Of a DNA stretch of 49,356 bases, positions 20,280-28,833 are shown in pieces. The notes beneath the pieces were generated by a model. The model was given only the letters and a program-made list of their open reading frames with translations. It was not told the DNA's origin and ran no database searches. The stretch comes from a virus (lineage: Duplodnaviria; Caudoviricetes): IMG/VR virus record IMGVR_UViG_3300033153_005402, positions 1 through 49,356 of that record; one strand, 5' to 3'. The translations under genes were made by a program, and so were the position numbers. Position 1 is the first letter of the stretch; each line of letters begins with the position of its first letter.

Positions 20280-20419
20280 ATTGCGGTCTGCCTTGCCCAC
20301 TTCAGGGCGTTTTCTTTTCTTCTTTTTATACTGGCCGCCTTTTTTTTATTTCTTTTTGCCGCCTTGGCTACCCGATTCTGATTAATACTTTGTATGATTT
20401 TTTCCTTGTCTTTTTTCAT
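20276..20419 (-). CDS. Small basic protein (47 aa), not in the ORF track
   Basis: AGAAGGGATTG RBS, then MKKDKEKIIQSINQNRVAKAAKRNKKK...WARQTAI*, filling the gap between ORFs. Confidence 0.55.
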   Translation of the reverse strand: MKKDKEKIIQSINQNRVAKAAKRNKKKAASIKRRKENALKWARQTAI

Positions 20420-20431
20420 TTTCAATCCCTT

Positions 20432-20926
20432 CTATTTATCGTAATAGTCCCAAACATATTTCATTAACGGATACCAGATTACAAAGTTAATACCGGCCAC
20501 AACTACCACAAGTAATCCGAATCCGGCATACCAACCAAAGGTTATCTTTTCCTCTTCCATGTTAACTCCCTTCCAGTTTCCCAAAACACAATGTTCATAT
20601 CTCCATTTCTCTATTCTTTCCAACTCCCTATATTCTTTCATGAATTCATCGGACAACCACGTTTCCCCATAGGAATATTTTGGGCATGGCCTAATATCGT
20701 TTGGTATATCCTGAAAACTCGGGCCGCCTTTTAGAGTTTCCATTTTGTCTGCCCATTCTGATTTACCGCCAAATTCCCGATCCGCCTCTTCCTGAGTTTT
20801 AATAAATATAGATTTAGGGCAAGGCGGGGGGCAACTCGCCCCCCTGGGACCGTTCATCCTGGAGGGGATGATCGTGTTATTAGACCTTGCCGTTTTATTT
20901 ATCTGTTCTTCCATGGTTTCCGCCAA
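20432..20926 (-). CDS. Mosaic accessory protein with sheath-like and terminase-like segments and a C-terminal TM
   Basis: See findings. An internal RBS and ATG at 20560 precede the TM part. Confidence 0.7.
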   Translation of the reverse strand: MAETMEEQINKTARSNNTIIPSRMNGPRGASCPPPCPKSIFIKTQEEADREFGGKSEWADKMETLKGGPSFQDIPNDIRPCPKYSYGETWLSDEFMKEYRELERIEKWRYEHCVLGNWKGVNMEEEKITFGWYAGFGLLVVVVAGINFVIWYPLMKYVWDYYDK

Positions 20927-21252
20927 GATTGTAATGGTTTGTTCTCCATGCCCTTTAGTTTCTCCATGGTCTGATCCAGGGATTCCAGGATAACCGAATC
21001 AATTACCTCCCCGGTCTTGGTATCTATCGCCGCCCTCAGATACTCTATGACGTTTGATTGCATGTGGGCCCTTAACCTTTCCTTCTGGATAATCGCTAAC
21101 CGGATATATTCCATGGTCTTTAGAATGGCCGTGTAATCCAGACAACAGGGGATATTCCCGGGCATTAGGGGCCCCTCCATTTTCAGATCTTCCAGTAATT
21201 TTATTACCGTCTTTAACTTCTTTTCATAGGGCATCTGACTAAAAAGGGACAT
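20899..21252 (-). CDS. Hypothetical protein
   Basis: Overlapping operon packing. Confidence 0.65.
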   Translation of the reverse strand: MSLFSQMPYEKKLKTVIKLLEDLKMEGPLMPGNIPCCLDYTAILKTMEYIRLAIIQKERLRAHMQSNVIEYLRAAIDTKTGEVIDSVILESLDQTMEKLKGMENKPLQSWRKPWKNR

Positions 21253-21502
21253 TGTGGGCCATCCTGTTCCGGGTTACGGGTTTTTTTCTCTGGGGGGCTG
21301 GGCGTTTCCAGTTTCTAAACTTGGGATTCCTGAGTTTCTTTTCCCGGGAAACGATATTGGAATGGGCCTTGCATAAATAGATCCTCTTCCCCGGTCGCCG
21401 GGTTCCCACAATCCACACCTGATTAGCGGGGCGGTTCTTGCATTGGTTACCAGTTTTCTTTTTAACCCAGGTACAACCGGGTTTAGATTTATCTGTTGTC
21501 AT
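21239..21502 (-). CDS. Basic hypothetical protein, possible Zn site
   Basis: C...C...CxxH pattern, overlapping starts and stops. Confidence 0.6.
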   Translation of the reverse strand: MTTDKSKPGCTWVKKKTGNQCKNRPANQVWIVGTRRPGKRIYLCKAHSNIVSREKKLRNPKFRNWKRPAPQRKKPVTRNRMAHNVPF

Positions 21503-21750
21503 TGTTTCCCCTTCTTAACTTCGTCAATTTCATCCCATGAAAAATAACAATAATCACTATTTCCAATACTACATTTTTTAACATCATTTTTAAATCCAAT
21601 ACGCAATGGCCTTTCAGATTCATCGGCATATTCTATTGTTCCGATCCTGCCTTTACATGCCCGGTTACATTCGGGATCAATACTTTCTGGCCTTGCTATC
21701 TTAACCTTTCTGCCAACTGCTGTTCTTTTTAATGCTCTCAATTTACCCAC
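21499..21750 (-). CDS. Hypothetical protein, possibly SH3-like
   Basis: VGRKVKI...GRIGTIE pattern, operon packing. Confidence 0.6.
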   Translation of the reverse strand: MGKLRALKRTAVGRKVKIARPESIDPECNRACKGRIGTIEYADESERPLRIGFKNDVKKCSIGNSDYCYFSWDEIDEVKKGKQ

Positions 21751-22064
21751 CCCTGGGGATTATTTAGTATTTTCAACAGTCTGTCTATTTCGTCTATTTC
21801 CATTTCTACCTCATAACAAATACCCCTTATCACCGGATCTTTTTTATCCAACCATATTACAGACTTTCTCAGCATACTTTTAGAATTGTTTAAAACTCTA
21901 ATTATTATTTCTTTGGTTCTGTTCACTTCCTTGGGTTTCTCTTCTGGTACTAGAGGGGGGGCAACGGGCCTTTCCCCATTAGGCCCCCAGGGGGGAGGAT
22001 TGCAATTCCAACATATACCATGTGGCAACAATGGAGCGTTACATTTTGGGCAATCGTCACTCAC
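21738..22064 (-). CDS. Zn-ribbon hypothetical protein
   Basis: CPKC...CWNC motif. Confidence 0.65.
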   Translation of the reverse strand: MSDDCPKCNAPLLPHGICWNCNPPPWGPNGERPVAPPLVPEEKPKEVNRTKEIIIRVLNNSKSMLRKSVIWLDKKDPVIRGICYEVEMEIDEIDRLLKILNNPQGWVN

Positions 22065-23338
22065 TTGCCCACCCCCTCGGGTTCCTCAATACTGGCGATC
22101 TCCCCCTCTGAGATCTCAACTTTCATAGCGGGAGGACCGCCTTTATCTGTCGCATCGTTAATAACCTCTACCCATACCTGATAATCGTTTTCGTCTGCAA
22201 TTTCTTTTATTGCCCGGAAGTTATTTTCATCGAGAAAGGCGGCGTTCTTTATCCTGATAACTTTAATCTTGGGATTAAGTTTAATGGCTATGGCCATTGA
22301 GATCTTAATCTTTTCCGCATCTGAACACTGGCCGAACGGCGTTCCCTGGTAGGTTACCCCGTTCTCATCAACCGATAGGCCCTCCAGGGGAAAGGCGGCA
22401 CTGGTCATTAACTCGTTCTTGCATGTCTCATGGAGATCTATTTCTTTATCTTCTTTTTTTAGTAACAACCTGAGATCGTTTAATTCGTCTTTTAGTTCTT
22501 TCCTGCCCTGCCATTTAACGGCCTGTTCATTGTGGCCCTCTATTCCCGTTATTTTGTTCTGTATGGGGGCGGTATCAACTGGTTTTATTTTCTTTAATTT
22601 AACCTTGGCGGTCGCTATTTCCTCTTCAACCTGTTCTAGTTGTTGTTTTTTCTTTTCTATGTCGTCATACAAAATAACTATATCGTCTGATATTTCCTTT
22701 GCCTTAGTTTCTTTTTCGCCAAGATCTGATTTGTATTTCGATAGCTCCCGGTTAATCGCCTCCCCGGCCTGCAACTCTTTAAACAATTCCCCGGCCTCTA
22801 ATTTCTTTATCTCTTTTCCCAGGGGCTCCCGGCCCAACTTGGTTTCAACCGCCTTGTAATCCCGGTTGATATCCCGCCGGGCCTGTTTGGATTCGTCTAT
22901 TCGGGCATCATGAACCCCTAACTCATCTTTGATATCAGCTAGGGTTAATATCGTCTCCCTCTGTTCCTTTGCGGGGGCGGCAACAAACGTTGACGGATCA
23001 TAGGTAACCGCATTGAAAAGAGAATTCAATAACTCCTGTGGGGATTTCTGGACCTCCCCCTTTTTATTCTCAATCCGGAGGTAGGAACCCTTGCCGGACC
23101 ATGTACGGGTAACCAGGATCTCCCCCAAGTCTAATTCAACCCTGGCCTTTTTCTGGCCCCGGCGGATCGGTTCCTTGGGCTGGACACGGGTTCCACCCAG
23201 GGCACAAAACAGGGCCTCAAGGATAGAGGTTTTCCCCTGGGCGTTCTTGCCCTTGATAATCACCGTGTTAGTTGTGGGCTCAATCTCAACAACGTTTAAC
23301 CTAAGAAAATTCTCAATCGTCAACCTAACTATTTTCAT
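22061..23338 (-). CDS. SMC/RecF/Rad50-like ATPase
   Basis: IENF, Walker A GKNAQGKTS, central coiled coil, SDAEK signature-like motif and degenerate Walker B (IRIKNAAFLD). Confidence 0.88.
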   Translation of the reverse strand: MKIVRLTIENFLRLNVVEIEPTTNTVIIKGKNAQGKTSILEALFCALGGTRVQPKEPIRRGQKKARVELDLGEILVTRTWSGKGSYLRIENKKGEVQKSPQELLNSLFNAVTYDPSTFVAAPAKEQRETILTLADIKDELGVHDARIDESKQARRDINRDYKAVETKLGREPLGKEIKKLEAGELFKELQAGEAINRELSKYKSDLGEKETKAKEISDDIVILYDDIEKKKQQLEQVEEEIATAKVKLKKIKPVDTAPIQNKITGIEGHNEQAVKWQGRKELKDELNDLRLLLKKEDKEIDLHETCKNELMTSAAFPLEGLSVDENGVTYQGTPFGQCSDAEKIKISMAIAIKLNPKIKVIRIKNAAFLDENNFRAIKEIADENDYQVWVEVINDATDKGGPPAMKVEISEGEIASIEEPEGVGK

Positions 23339-23573
23339 TGTTAATCCCTTTCTTTAGATATATTTTTTCTCTGAAACTTATTACAAATCTATCTCCTATT
23401 TGTTTGCATTCATCTACTGTGAAATCATGCTGTATGTTTTCTGCCAAGTGATTCACTACATCATTTCTCATGTGTCGTATGGTTTCATTGGTCATTCTTT
23501 TGTTCACATACTTTTTTAATACGTTGTCCATCAGGATCTTTGTCGCGGCATTAATAAAATCCTCATTTTTCAT
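23325..23573 (-). CDS. Hypothetical protein (possible sheath C-terminal-like mini-domain)
   Basis: Operon packing, see findings. Confidence 0.6.
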   Translation of the reverse strand: MKNEDFINAATKILMDNVLKKYVNKRMTNETIRHMRNDVVNHLAENIQHDFTVDECKQIGDRFVISFREKIYLKKGINNENS

Positions 23574-23811
23574 AACCAGAACCCAAATCCTTTTCGTAAT
23601 AATGCCTTGGTTTGATCCTGTTCTTAATCCTGGGTTTAATGGGCTCGGGGGGTTTGGTGTCTCTGGCGATGTCTGCCGGATCTTTGAACGGGGCCGGATC
23701 TTTGATTGGGGCCAACCCCATGATTGCCCTTTTCTGGTTTACCGTCAACCACGGGGGAACCGGCGGAAGGGGAAGAGGGGGCGGCGGGGCTGGCGGTCCT
23801 ACTAAATGCAT
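23563..23811 (-). CDS. Pro-rich protein with a portal-like segment
   Basis: WLTVNQKRAIMGLAPIKD flanked by Pro-rich linkers. Confidence 0.6.
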   Translation of the reverse strand: MHLVGPPAPPPPLPLPPVPPWLTVNQKRAIMGLAPIKDPAPFKDPADIARDTKPPEPIKPRIKNRIKPRHYYEKDLGSGYEK

Positions 23812-24120
23812 TTACCTTGGCCCCATTTCATTTACCGCAATATCGGCCATGGTGAAAGAGCATTTTACCAAAATCCTATAGCCCTCTTTTGTGTCCGGAT
23901 GATTTTTTGCTATTGTTTCCATAACTGTAGGATTAGCACAAAACCCGGTCAATGCCGCCATGGCAAACCGATCTCTAAGGGTTTCCCTATTGGCCATGTC
24001 TGCCACGGAACCCGGCAATGGTTTAATCCCTAATTCTTTTAATCTTTGCATTAGTTCCGGGCCTTCTAATTCATAATCTTTTTTTCTATCCTGCCCCGAC
24101 AAGTTCCCTTGATCTTTCAT
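23812..24120 (-). CDS. Phage hypothetical protein
   Basis: TLRDRFAMAALTG...MAD motif, common in small phage proteins. Confidence 0.7.
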   Translation of the reverse strand: MKDQGNLSGQDRKKDYELEGPELMQRLKELGIKPLPGSVADMANRETLRDRFAMAALTGFCANPTVMETIAKNHPDTKEGYRILVKCSFTMADIAVNEMGPR

Positions 24121-24298
24121 TCTTAAAATTCCCTTCTATTCGTTTATAGTGTTTACATTCTGGGCAAGAATAAAATCTCATTCTCTTTTTACTGCCCAAC
24201 CGTTGCCGGTTCTTACTCGGTTCGTATGTCCCAAGTAGATCCATACTAACATTTTTGCCCAACGTTCTGCAACTTTCACACAAAATTTTTCTGGGCAT
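24086..24298 (-). CDS. Small Zn-ribbon protein
   Basis: CESC...CPEC motif. Confidence 0.62.
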   Translation of the reverse strand: MPRKILCESCRTLGKNVSMDLLGTYEPSKNRQRLGSKKRMRFYSCPECKHYKRIEGNFKNERSRELVGAG

Positions 24299-24300
24299 AG

Positions 24301-24717
24301 CTAGATTCCTTCCAACTTGGCCATAACATCAATGATGCCCTTTTCGTTATCCTTCTTTTTTGATTCCTCCCTAGTCTTTTCCTCTTTTACCTTTCTCTCC
24401 TGGGCCGCCATTTCCGCCATTAATCTTAGGGCTGTTCTCTGGCATGGCATGGGATTGGTTTCTTTAACCGCCTCCCCCTCACAGATACCATCTGTTTTAA
24501 TAACATACTCGGAATTCTTGAATGATATCTTCCGTTTAATATCGCTCAAGGTTTCCGGATGATAAACCCTTAACTGCATTGGAAACCCTGTTATTGCATC
24601 CGGTATTTCCACAAACTTTCCGGTATAAACCCTATCCATAATTCCCTTAAAGGCCTTTTCGTCAACCTCTTTTAGCCCTATTCCTGGTACTCTCTTTGAT
24701 TCCTTTAGCTCAACCAT
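24301..24717 (-). CDS. Hypothetical protein
   Basis: Operon packing with ruvC. Confidence 0.65.
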   Translation of the reverse strand: MVELKESKRVPGIGLKEVDEKAFKGIMDRVYTGKFVEIPDAITGFPMQLRVYHPETLSDIKRKISFKNSEYVIKTDGICEGEAVKETNPMPCQRTALRLMAEMAAQERKVKEEKTREESKKKDNEKGIIDVMAKLEGI

Positions 24718-25387
24718 GGATCAATCCCGCCTTTCTTGGCCTTCCCCGGCCCCGTTTATGTTTGGTATTTGTTAGGGTCATGGCCTCTTTCAAGGTCATA
24801 CCGTCTTTTGGTACTTTTCCGCCCTTCTTTCCCTGGGTATTACCCTTTATTTTCAACAGGGTAACGGCCCCGAGAATGAACCGGCACTTATCAGCTAAAT
24901 TTAATCCCCGCAATTTATCATAGTGCAACTCTGGGATCTTGGCCAGGGCGACCGCCGCCGCATCCGCAACGTCAATATCTTTTAGGGTGATATTAAATAC
25001 TCGGGAAACCGCCTTTCTAACCTGGGTTTTCGTTAACCTGCCAGAGCCCATGAAGGCCTTAACCGTCATGGGGTTGATCTCATGGGAGGCAATCCCAGAA
25101 TGGGCGGCCGCTAAATGACAGATGGCCCGGTATTGAATTGATTCATGAGTAGTTATCATCGCCTGGGTTGTCATGGATTCTTGAATCATAAAATCCGGCC
25201 CACACGTTTTTATTATCTGAATCATGCGGTTATAGAAATCATTGATTCGGTCGCCATGGTTTTCATATTCCGTAACCACGGGAACGATCCCATAATCTAA
25301 AATCTTCTCTGGCGAGAATTCTATCAATGCCCACCCGGTTGTATTGCCGGGATCAATACCCAAATACCTTTTGGTCTGGAAGTTCAT
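24710..25387 (-). CDS. ruvC: RuvC-like Holliday junction resolvase with a C-terminal AT-hook extension
   Basis: LGIDPG..TGWA, conserved E, NPMTVKAFMGSGRLTKTQV and DVADAAAVAL motifs. The tail contains RGRGRPRK. Confidence 0.88.
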   Translation of the reverse strand: MNFQTKRYLGIDPGNTTGWALIEFSPEKILDYGIVPVVTEYENHGDRINDFYNRMIQIIKTCGPDFMIQESMTTQAMITTHESIQYRAICHLAAAHSGIASHEINPMTVKAFMGSGRLTKTQVRKAVSRVFNITLKDIDVADAAAVALAKIPELHYDKLRGLNLADKCRFILGAVTLLKIKGNTQGKKGGKVPKDGMTLKEAMTLTNTKHKRGRGRPRKAGLIHG

Positions 25388-25656
25388 TTTGGTTTATCCC
25401 CCTGTAAATAGTATTTACACTCCTGGCACATGTGGTGGCCATCTCCTTCACAGTCCGGAGGCGGCCCCCACTTGTAGTCGGCAACGTTGCCATTTAATAC
25501 AAACTGATCACAACCTTTTCGAGATACTATTTTTCCGTAATAGAACCTGATAACCAAACAGGGTAAAAGGCAAATATATAAATACTTTTTATCTGTATTT
25601 ATGAACATTCCCACCCATAGATCCCGCCATTCAAATAATAATTTAAATCTCCCCAT
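25384..25656 (-). CDS. Hypothetical protein
   Basis: FEWRDLWVG...YICLLPC motif followed by a Cys/His cluster. Confidence 0.65.
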   Translation of the reverse strand: MGRFKLLFEWRDLWVGMFINTDKKYLYICLLPCLVIRFYYGKIVSRKGCDQFVLNGNVADYKWGPPPDCEGDGHHMCQECKYYLQGDKPK

Positions 25657-26195
25657 TACCCCGCCCTCTCTAGTTCTTTCCCGATCAACCTGTTTACCTT
25701 GATATGGTCAAAGATCCGGGTTTCCTCATCCACCTGTTTGTATTTTTCAACTAGGGCACCAAACCATGATTCCCCTGCAATACCGGAGAACCCCAGATCC
25801 CGTTTCTTTGCCTCGGCCAAACACCAATTGCAATACTCATCAAATGTTATCCGGGGTTTAACCTTTCTCTCCCTGTTGCCCTCAAGTAATCCCCGGGCTA
25901 ATCGGAATATCTTTGAAACCTTAGTTGGATCTCCCCTGTTGTTCTTGTCTCCTGCCTTTCCTGGGGGGGATTCTTTCTTTTTAAACTTCTCCTGATATGC
26001 CCCGCGAATCTCTGGCAGAGAGATCTTGGCCATCTTCTTATCAAGTTTTTCTGCCAAATCTCCTAAAGTCAACATGAGTAGATCATAATCAGATTCGGCA
26101 TGATCTTTCCTGAATGCTATTTTCTCACCATTGGACATCTGGCGGCCGGTATTCTCCAGAAATTTAATGCCCTGTTCTATTTGGTAATCCTGCAT
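25656..26195 (-). CDS. Hypothetical protein in the replication operon (possible helicase loader)
   Basis: Position downstream of the initiator, and an AGAAGGGATTAAC RBS. Confidence 0.5.
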   Translation of the reverse strand: MQDYQIEQGIKFLENTGRQMSNGEKIAFRKDHAESDYDLLMLTLGDLAEKLDKKMAKISLPEIRGAYQEKFKKKESPPGKAGDKNNRGDPTKVSKIFRLARGLLEGNRERKVKPRITFDEYCNWCLAEAKKRDLGFSGIAGESWFGALVEKYKQVDEETRIFDHIKVNRLIGKELERAG

Positions 26196-26212
26196 GTTAA
26201 TCCCTTCTTAGA

Positions 26213-26563
26213 TTATAACCTTGGGTTGTGGGTTTTCTGGCTGGCCGCCTCATCGCCATGGCTCCATGCCTCTCCCCTTTGGTATGCCTCTGAGGTTGTG
26301 TCGTGATCCCGGATAAGGGGCGGTCGCATTGCGCTCCAGTTATTTAGTAGATTATCGGGGGATTTATTAGAAAACTTTTCATTCCCAAACAACCTCAATG
26401 CCCGGTCCTTAATTTCCTCATCGGTCGCCTCCTGAATCATTTTAATTATTGATTGCTCATCCCATCTCGAAAACAATATTTTCCCCTCTTCTTTCTCTCT
26501 CTGTTTTTTCCACCAAAAAAACAACCCCTTCTTGCGTTCCAAAATATTATTAAATTCAACCAT
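26213..26563 (-). CDS. Replication-operon helical protein
   Basis: CAGGAGG RBS, directly after the initiator. Confidence 0.55.
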   Translation of the reverse strand: MVEFNNILERKKGLFFWWKKQREKEEGKILFSRWDEQSIIKMIQEATDEEIKDRALRLFGNEKFSNKSPDNLLNNWSAMRPPLIRDHDTTSEAYQRGEAWSHGDEAASQKTHNPRL

Positions 26564-26603
26564 GTTTATCCTCCTGAAATTGTCTTATATATACTGAATG
26601 CCT

Positions 26604-27218
26604 TTATTGAATAAGGGCCTTTTTTTTTAACTTTCTCAAATCGGAGAAATCAGAGAAACTCGGATGTGCAACAGGAACGGCGGAGTCCTGTTTTATTTCT
26701 TTACCTTCTTTATCTTCTTTTCCTTCTTTTACTTCTTTATCTTCTTTAGATCTATAGTGTGTGTGACCCTCTGTGTGACCCTCTGTGTGACCCTCTGTGT
26801 GACCCTCTGTGTGACCCTCTGTGTTATCTTTCCATATTGAATTTTGATAACTATGCCAATTTATTATTGTTACAATAGTATAGTGTGCGTGACCCTCTGT
26901 GTTAATCACCCCTAATTTTTTAAGTGTTTTTAGGCTAGTCACTGTGTTACTGTCTGTGTGACCTAGATATTTTGAAAATTTCCTTGTGTAAATCAATGCC
27001 TGTCCAGGGGTTAAATCAACAGTATATCCTCTACCCTCAACATCCTTTGTCTCGTTTTTGTAAGATGCCTCGAGTAATAACTCTAAGAAAAAGTATCTAA
27101 TTTTTTTATTGGGATGGTTCCAGATCTTTGATTCTCTTATTGCTCTATGGAGCAAGAGAAAACCTAAACCACGGCCAACTTTTAATTTTCTCTTTTTTGC
27201 CCTACCCTTCAAAACCAT
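26604..27218 (-). CDS. Phage replication initiator (lambda O/DnaD-like winged helix)
   Basis: GFLLLHRAI...IW...LLLEA...PGQ...YTIVTIINWHSYQ motif, with internal iterons. Confidence 0.8.
   Translation of the reverse strand: MVLKGRAKKRKLKVGRGLGFLLLHRAIRESKIWNHPNKKIRYFFLELLLEASYKNETKDVEGRGYTVDLTPGQALIYTRKFSKYLGHTDSNTVTSLKTLKKLGVINTEGHAHYTIVTIINWHSYQNSIWKDNTEGHTEGHTEGHTEGHTEGHTHYRSKEDKEVKEGKEDKEGKEIKQDSAVPVAHPSFSDFSDLRKLKKKALIQ
26761..26824. repeat. Iteron-like tandem repeat (GTGTGACCCTCT x5), probable replication origin
   Basis: Five perfect 12-bp units inside the initiator gene, a variant copy near 26887-26902, and an adjacent pyrimidine/AT-rich tract. Confidence 0.8.
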
Positions 27219-27370
27219 TAAAACCCTTGCCCCTTCTGCTAAATTTTGTTATTTAAAAACCCCACCTGGAGGATGGTACTTTGGCGAACCAGGGCCCCCA
27301 GACAGGGTTTTTTTATTATCATTCACGGCCAAAGTTTCATGATTACATTTTGAAATAACAAAGTAGGACC

Positions 27371-27399
27371 ATTCTAAAGAATCGCATAGCCAAATTCAA
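27371..27399 (-). promoter_or_regulatory. Sigma70-type promoter for the leftward operon
   Basis: Minus strand TTGAAT-N17-TAGAAT. Confidence 0.65.
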
Positions 27400-27449
27400 G
27401 AAAGAAATACTTAGCCTATTGTGGCTTTCCGTTGCCGGAAAACCGCCCC

Positions 27450-27479
27450 TTGAAATCGCCTGCCACCCTTTGGTAAAAT
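27450..27479 (+). promoter_or_regulatory. Sigma70-type promoter for the rightward operon
   Basis: TTGAAA-N18-TAAAAT with an extended TGn. Confidence 0.6.
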
Positions 27480-27527
27480 GGATCTTTATCTGAGGGATTA
27501 TTTTAACACTGACAGAAGGGATTGAAC

Positions 27528-27953
27528 ATGAACGATCCAAAAGTTTCTAATGCCTTATTGAATTACCTTAATTGGGAAGGGATTATGAGCGCCCCAAGAT
27601 ATGCGGGGGGCCATGAGGATGTAATGAACATTTTGTTCCAGGGCGCTAAAGTTGTTTTGGCATTTATTCAAGATGAATATCAAGGATACATTGGCTATAT
27701 CTACAAAATGCCTTATGGGAAATATGTAATTATTAATGATTCTTTTGGTTCCTGTGGCGGTTGTGATTCTTGGGAAGAGGCAACCGATGAAGAGGTCAGA
27801 CAATTAGTCAAAGAATTAGCCATAAGTTATTCTCAGGAGTTTGGCAGTCTGGAAGAGGTGAAAGATTACCTGAGAGAAGAATCAGAAAAGGAATTCAGTA
27901 GTGATTGGGCAAAGGGGTTACTTGGCAACTGGCATGAATTAAAAGACGTATAA
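27528..27953 (+). CDS. Phage hypothetical protein
   Basis: DEYQG...DSFGSCGGCDSWE motif, first gene after the promoter. Confidence 0.75.
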   Translation: MNDPKVSNALLNYLNWEGIMSAPRYAGGHEDVMNILFQGAKVVLAFIQDEYQGYIGYIYKMPYGKYVIINDSFGSCGGCDSWEEATDEEVRQLVKELAISYSQEFGSLEEVKDYLREESEKEFSSDWAKGLLGNWHELKDV

Positions 27954-27954
27954 C

Positions 27955-28173
27955 ATGGCAACTAAACTCAAATGCCCTAAATGCGGCGGCCGGGCCCATG
28001 TAACAGAACGATTTCCCAAACCCCCATTCTCTTTTTCTGGTAGGCCCCTACCCTCAAAGAAGGGGGCGGAATGCTCTAACTGTTTCCTGAGCATTGGCGG
28101 TTTGAAAACATTTAAAGAGGTAAAACAAATCTGGAGAGATTTAATAGTTGTAATAGAAAGGATCGAATCATGA
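27955..28173 (+). CDS. Zn-ribbon protein (Lar-like pattern)
   Basis: LKCPKCGGRA...CSNC...W pattern. Confidence 0.6.
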   Translation: MATKLKCPKCGGRAHVTERFPKPPFSFSGRPLPSKKGAECSNCFLSIGGLKTFKEVKQIWRDLIVVIERIES

Positions 28174-28589
28174 CACCCGCCAAGAGAAAAGAAATCCAAG
28201 AGGCACTATTCCTGACCATTGATGCCTATCAGGAAACTATAGGGAATGTAAATTGTCACTTCAAGAACCGCTATTTTAAATACGGTTCAACCGAATGCTG
28301 CTACCTATGCCATGCTGTTGGGATAGATGAGATTAACAATATAGCGCAAGGGATTTATTGTCATTTATGCCCATTAAAATTAACAACAAGAAATACGGCG
28401 CATGAAGTGGGAGCAAACGTTAGTAATGATTGTTGTGAGGGAACGTTTAAAGAGTTGAGATTGTGCCGGGATATTGTTATTAACGGCGATGATTTCCCAG
28501 AGGTTAAAATCCAGACCGCCTTAAAAACCCGCCTAGCCTGGATAAAACGCCGGGCACTGGCCAACGGCTGGAAAACGGAAAGGGATTAA
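28170..28589 (+). CDS. Cys-rich hypothetical protein
   Basis: CYLC and CHLCPL motifs, operon packing. Confidence 0.7.
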   Translation: MTPAKRKEIQEALFLTIDAYQETIGNVNCHFKNRYFKYGSTECCYLCHAVGIDEINNIAQGIYCHLCPLKLTTRNTAHEVGANVSNDCCEGTFKELRLCRDIVINGDDFPEVKIQTALKTRLAWIKRRALANGWKTERD

Positions 28590-28591
28590 TT

Positions 28592-28831
28592 ATGAATATT
28601 AAATTTGGAATCGATGTTATATTGGTTCTTATTTTCATGGTCTTAAAATTAACTAATTATATTGAATGGTCCTGGTTCTGGGTTTTTTCCCCTGTTATTC
28701 TAATGCTCTCTTTCCGTATTGTTCTTGGGATTTATCACGGGTATAAACTGGAAACTGATCCAATATATAAACTGCATCATTTGGTTTCTGATATAAACAG
28801 ACAGGCATCGAACAGAAAAGAAAGGGATTAA
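28592..28831 (+). CDS. Small membrane protein
   Basis: LKLTNYIEWSWFWVFSP motif with two TMs. Confidence 0.72.
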   Translation: MNIKFGIDVILVLIFMVLKLTNYIEWSWFWVFSPVILMLSFRIVLGIYHGYKLETDPIYKLHHLVSDINRQASNRKERD

Positions 28832-28833
28832 CC

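Noticed and set aside
26761-26824. CRISPR array
   Set aside because: The 12-bp units are contiguous with no spacers and lie inside a coding gene, so they are better explained as iterons
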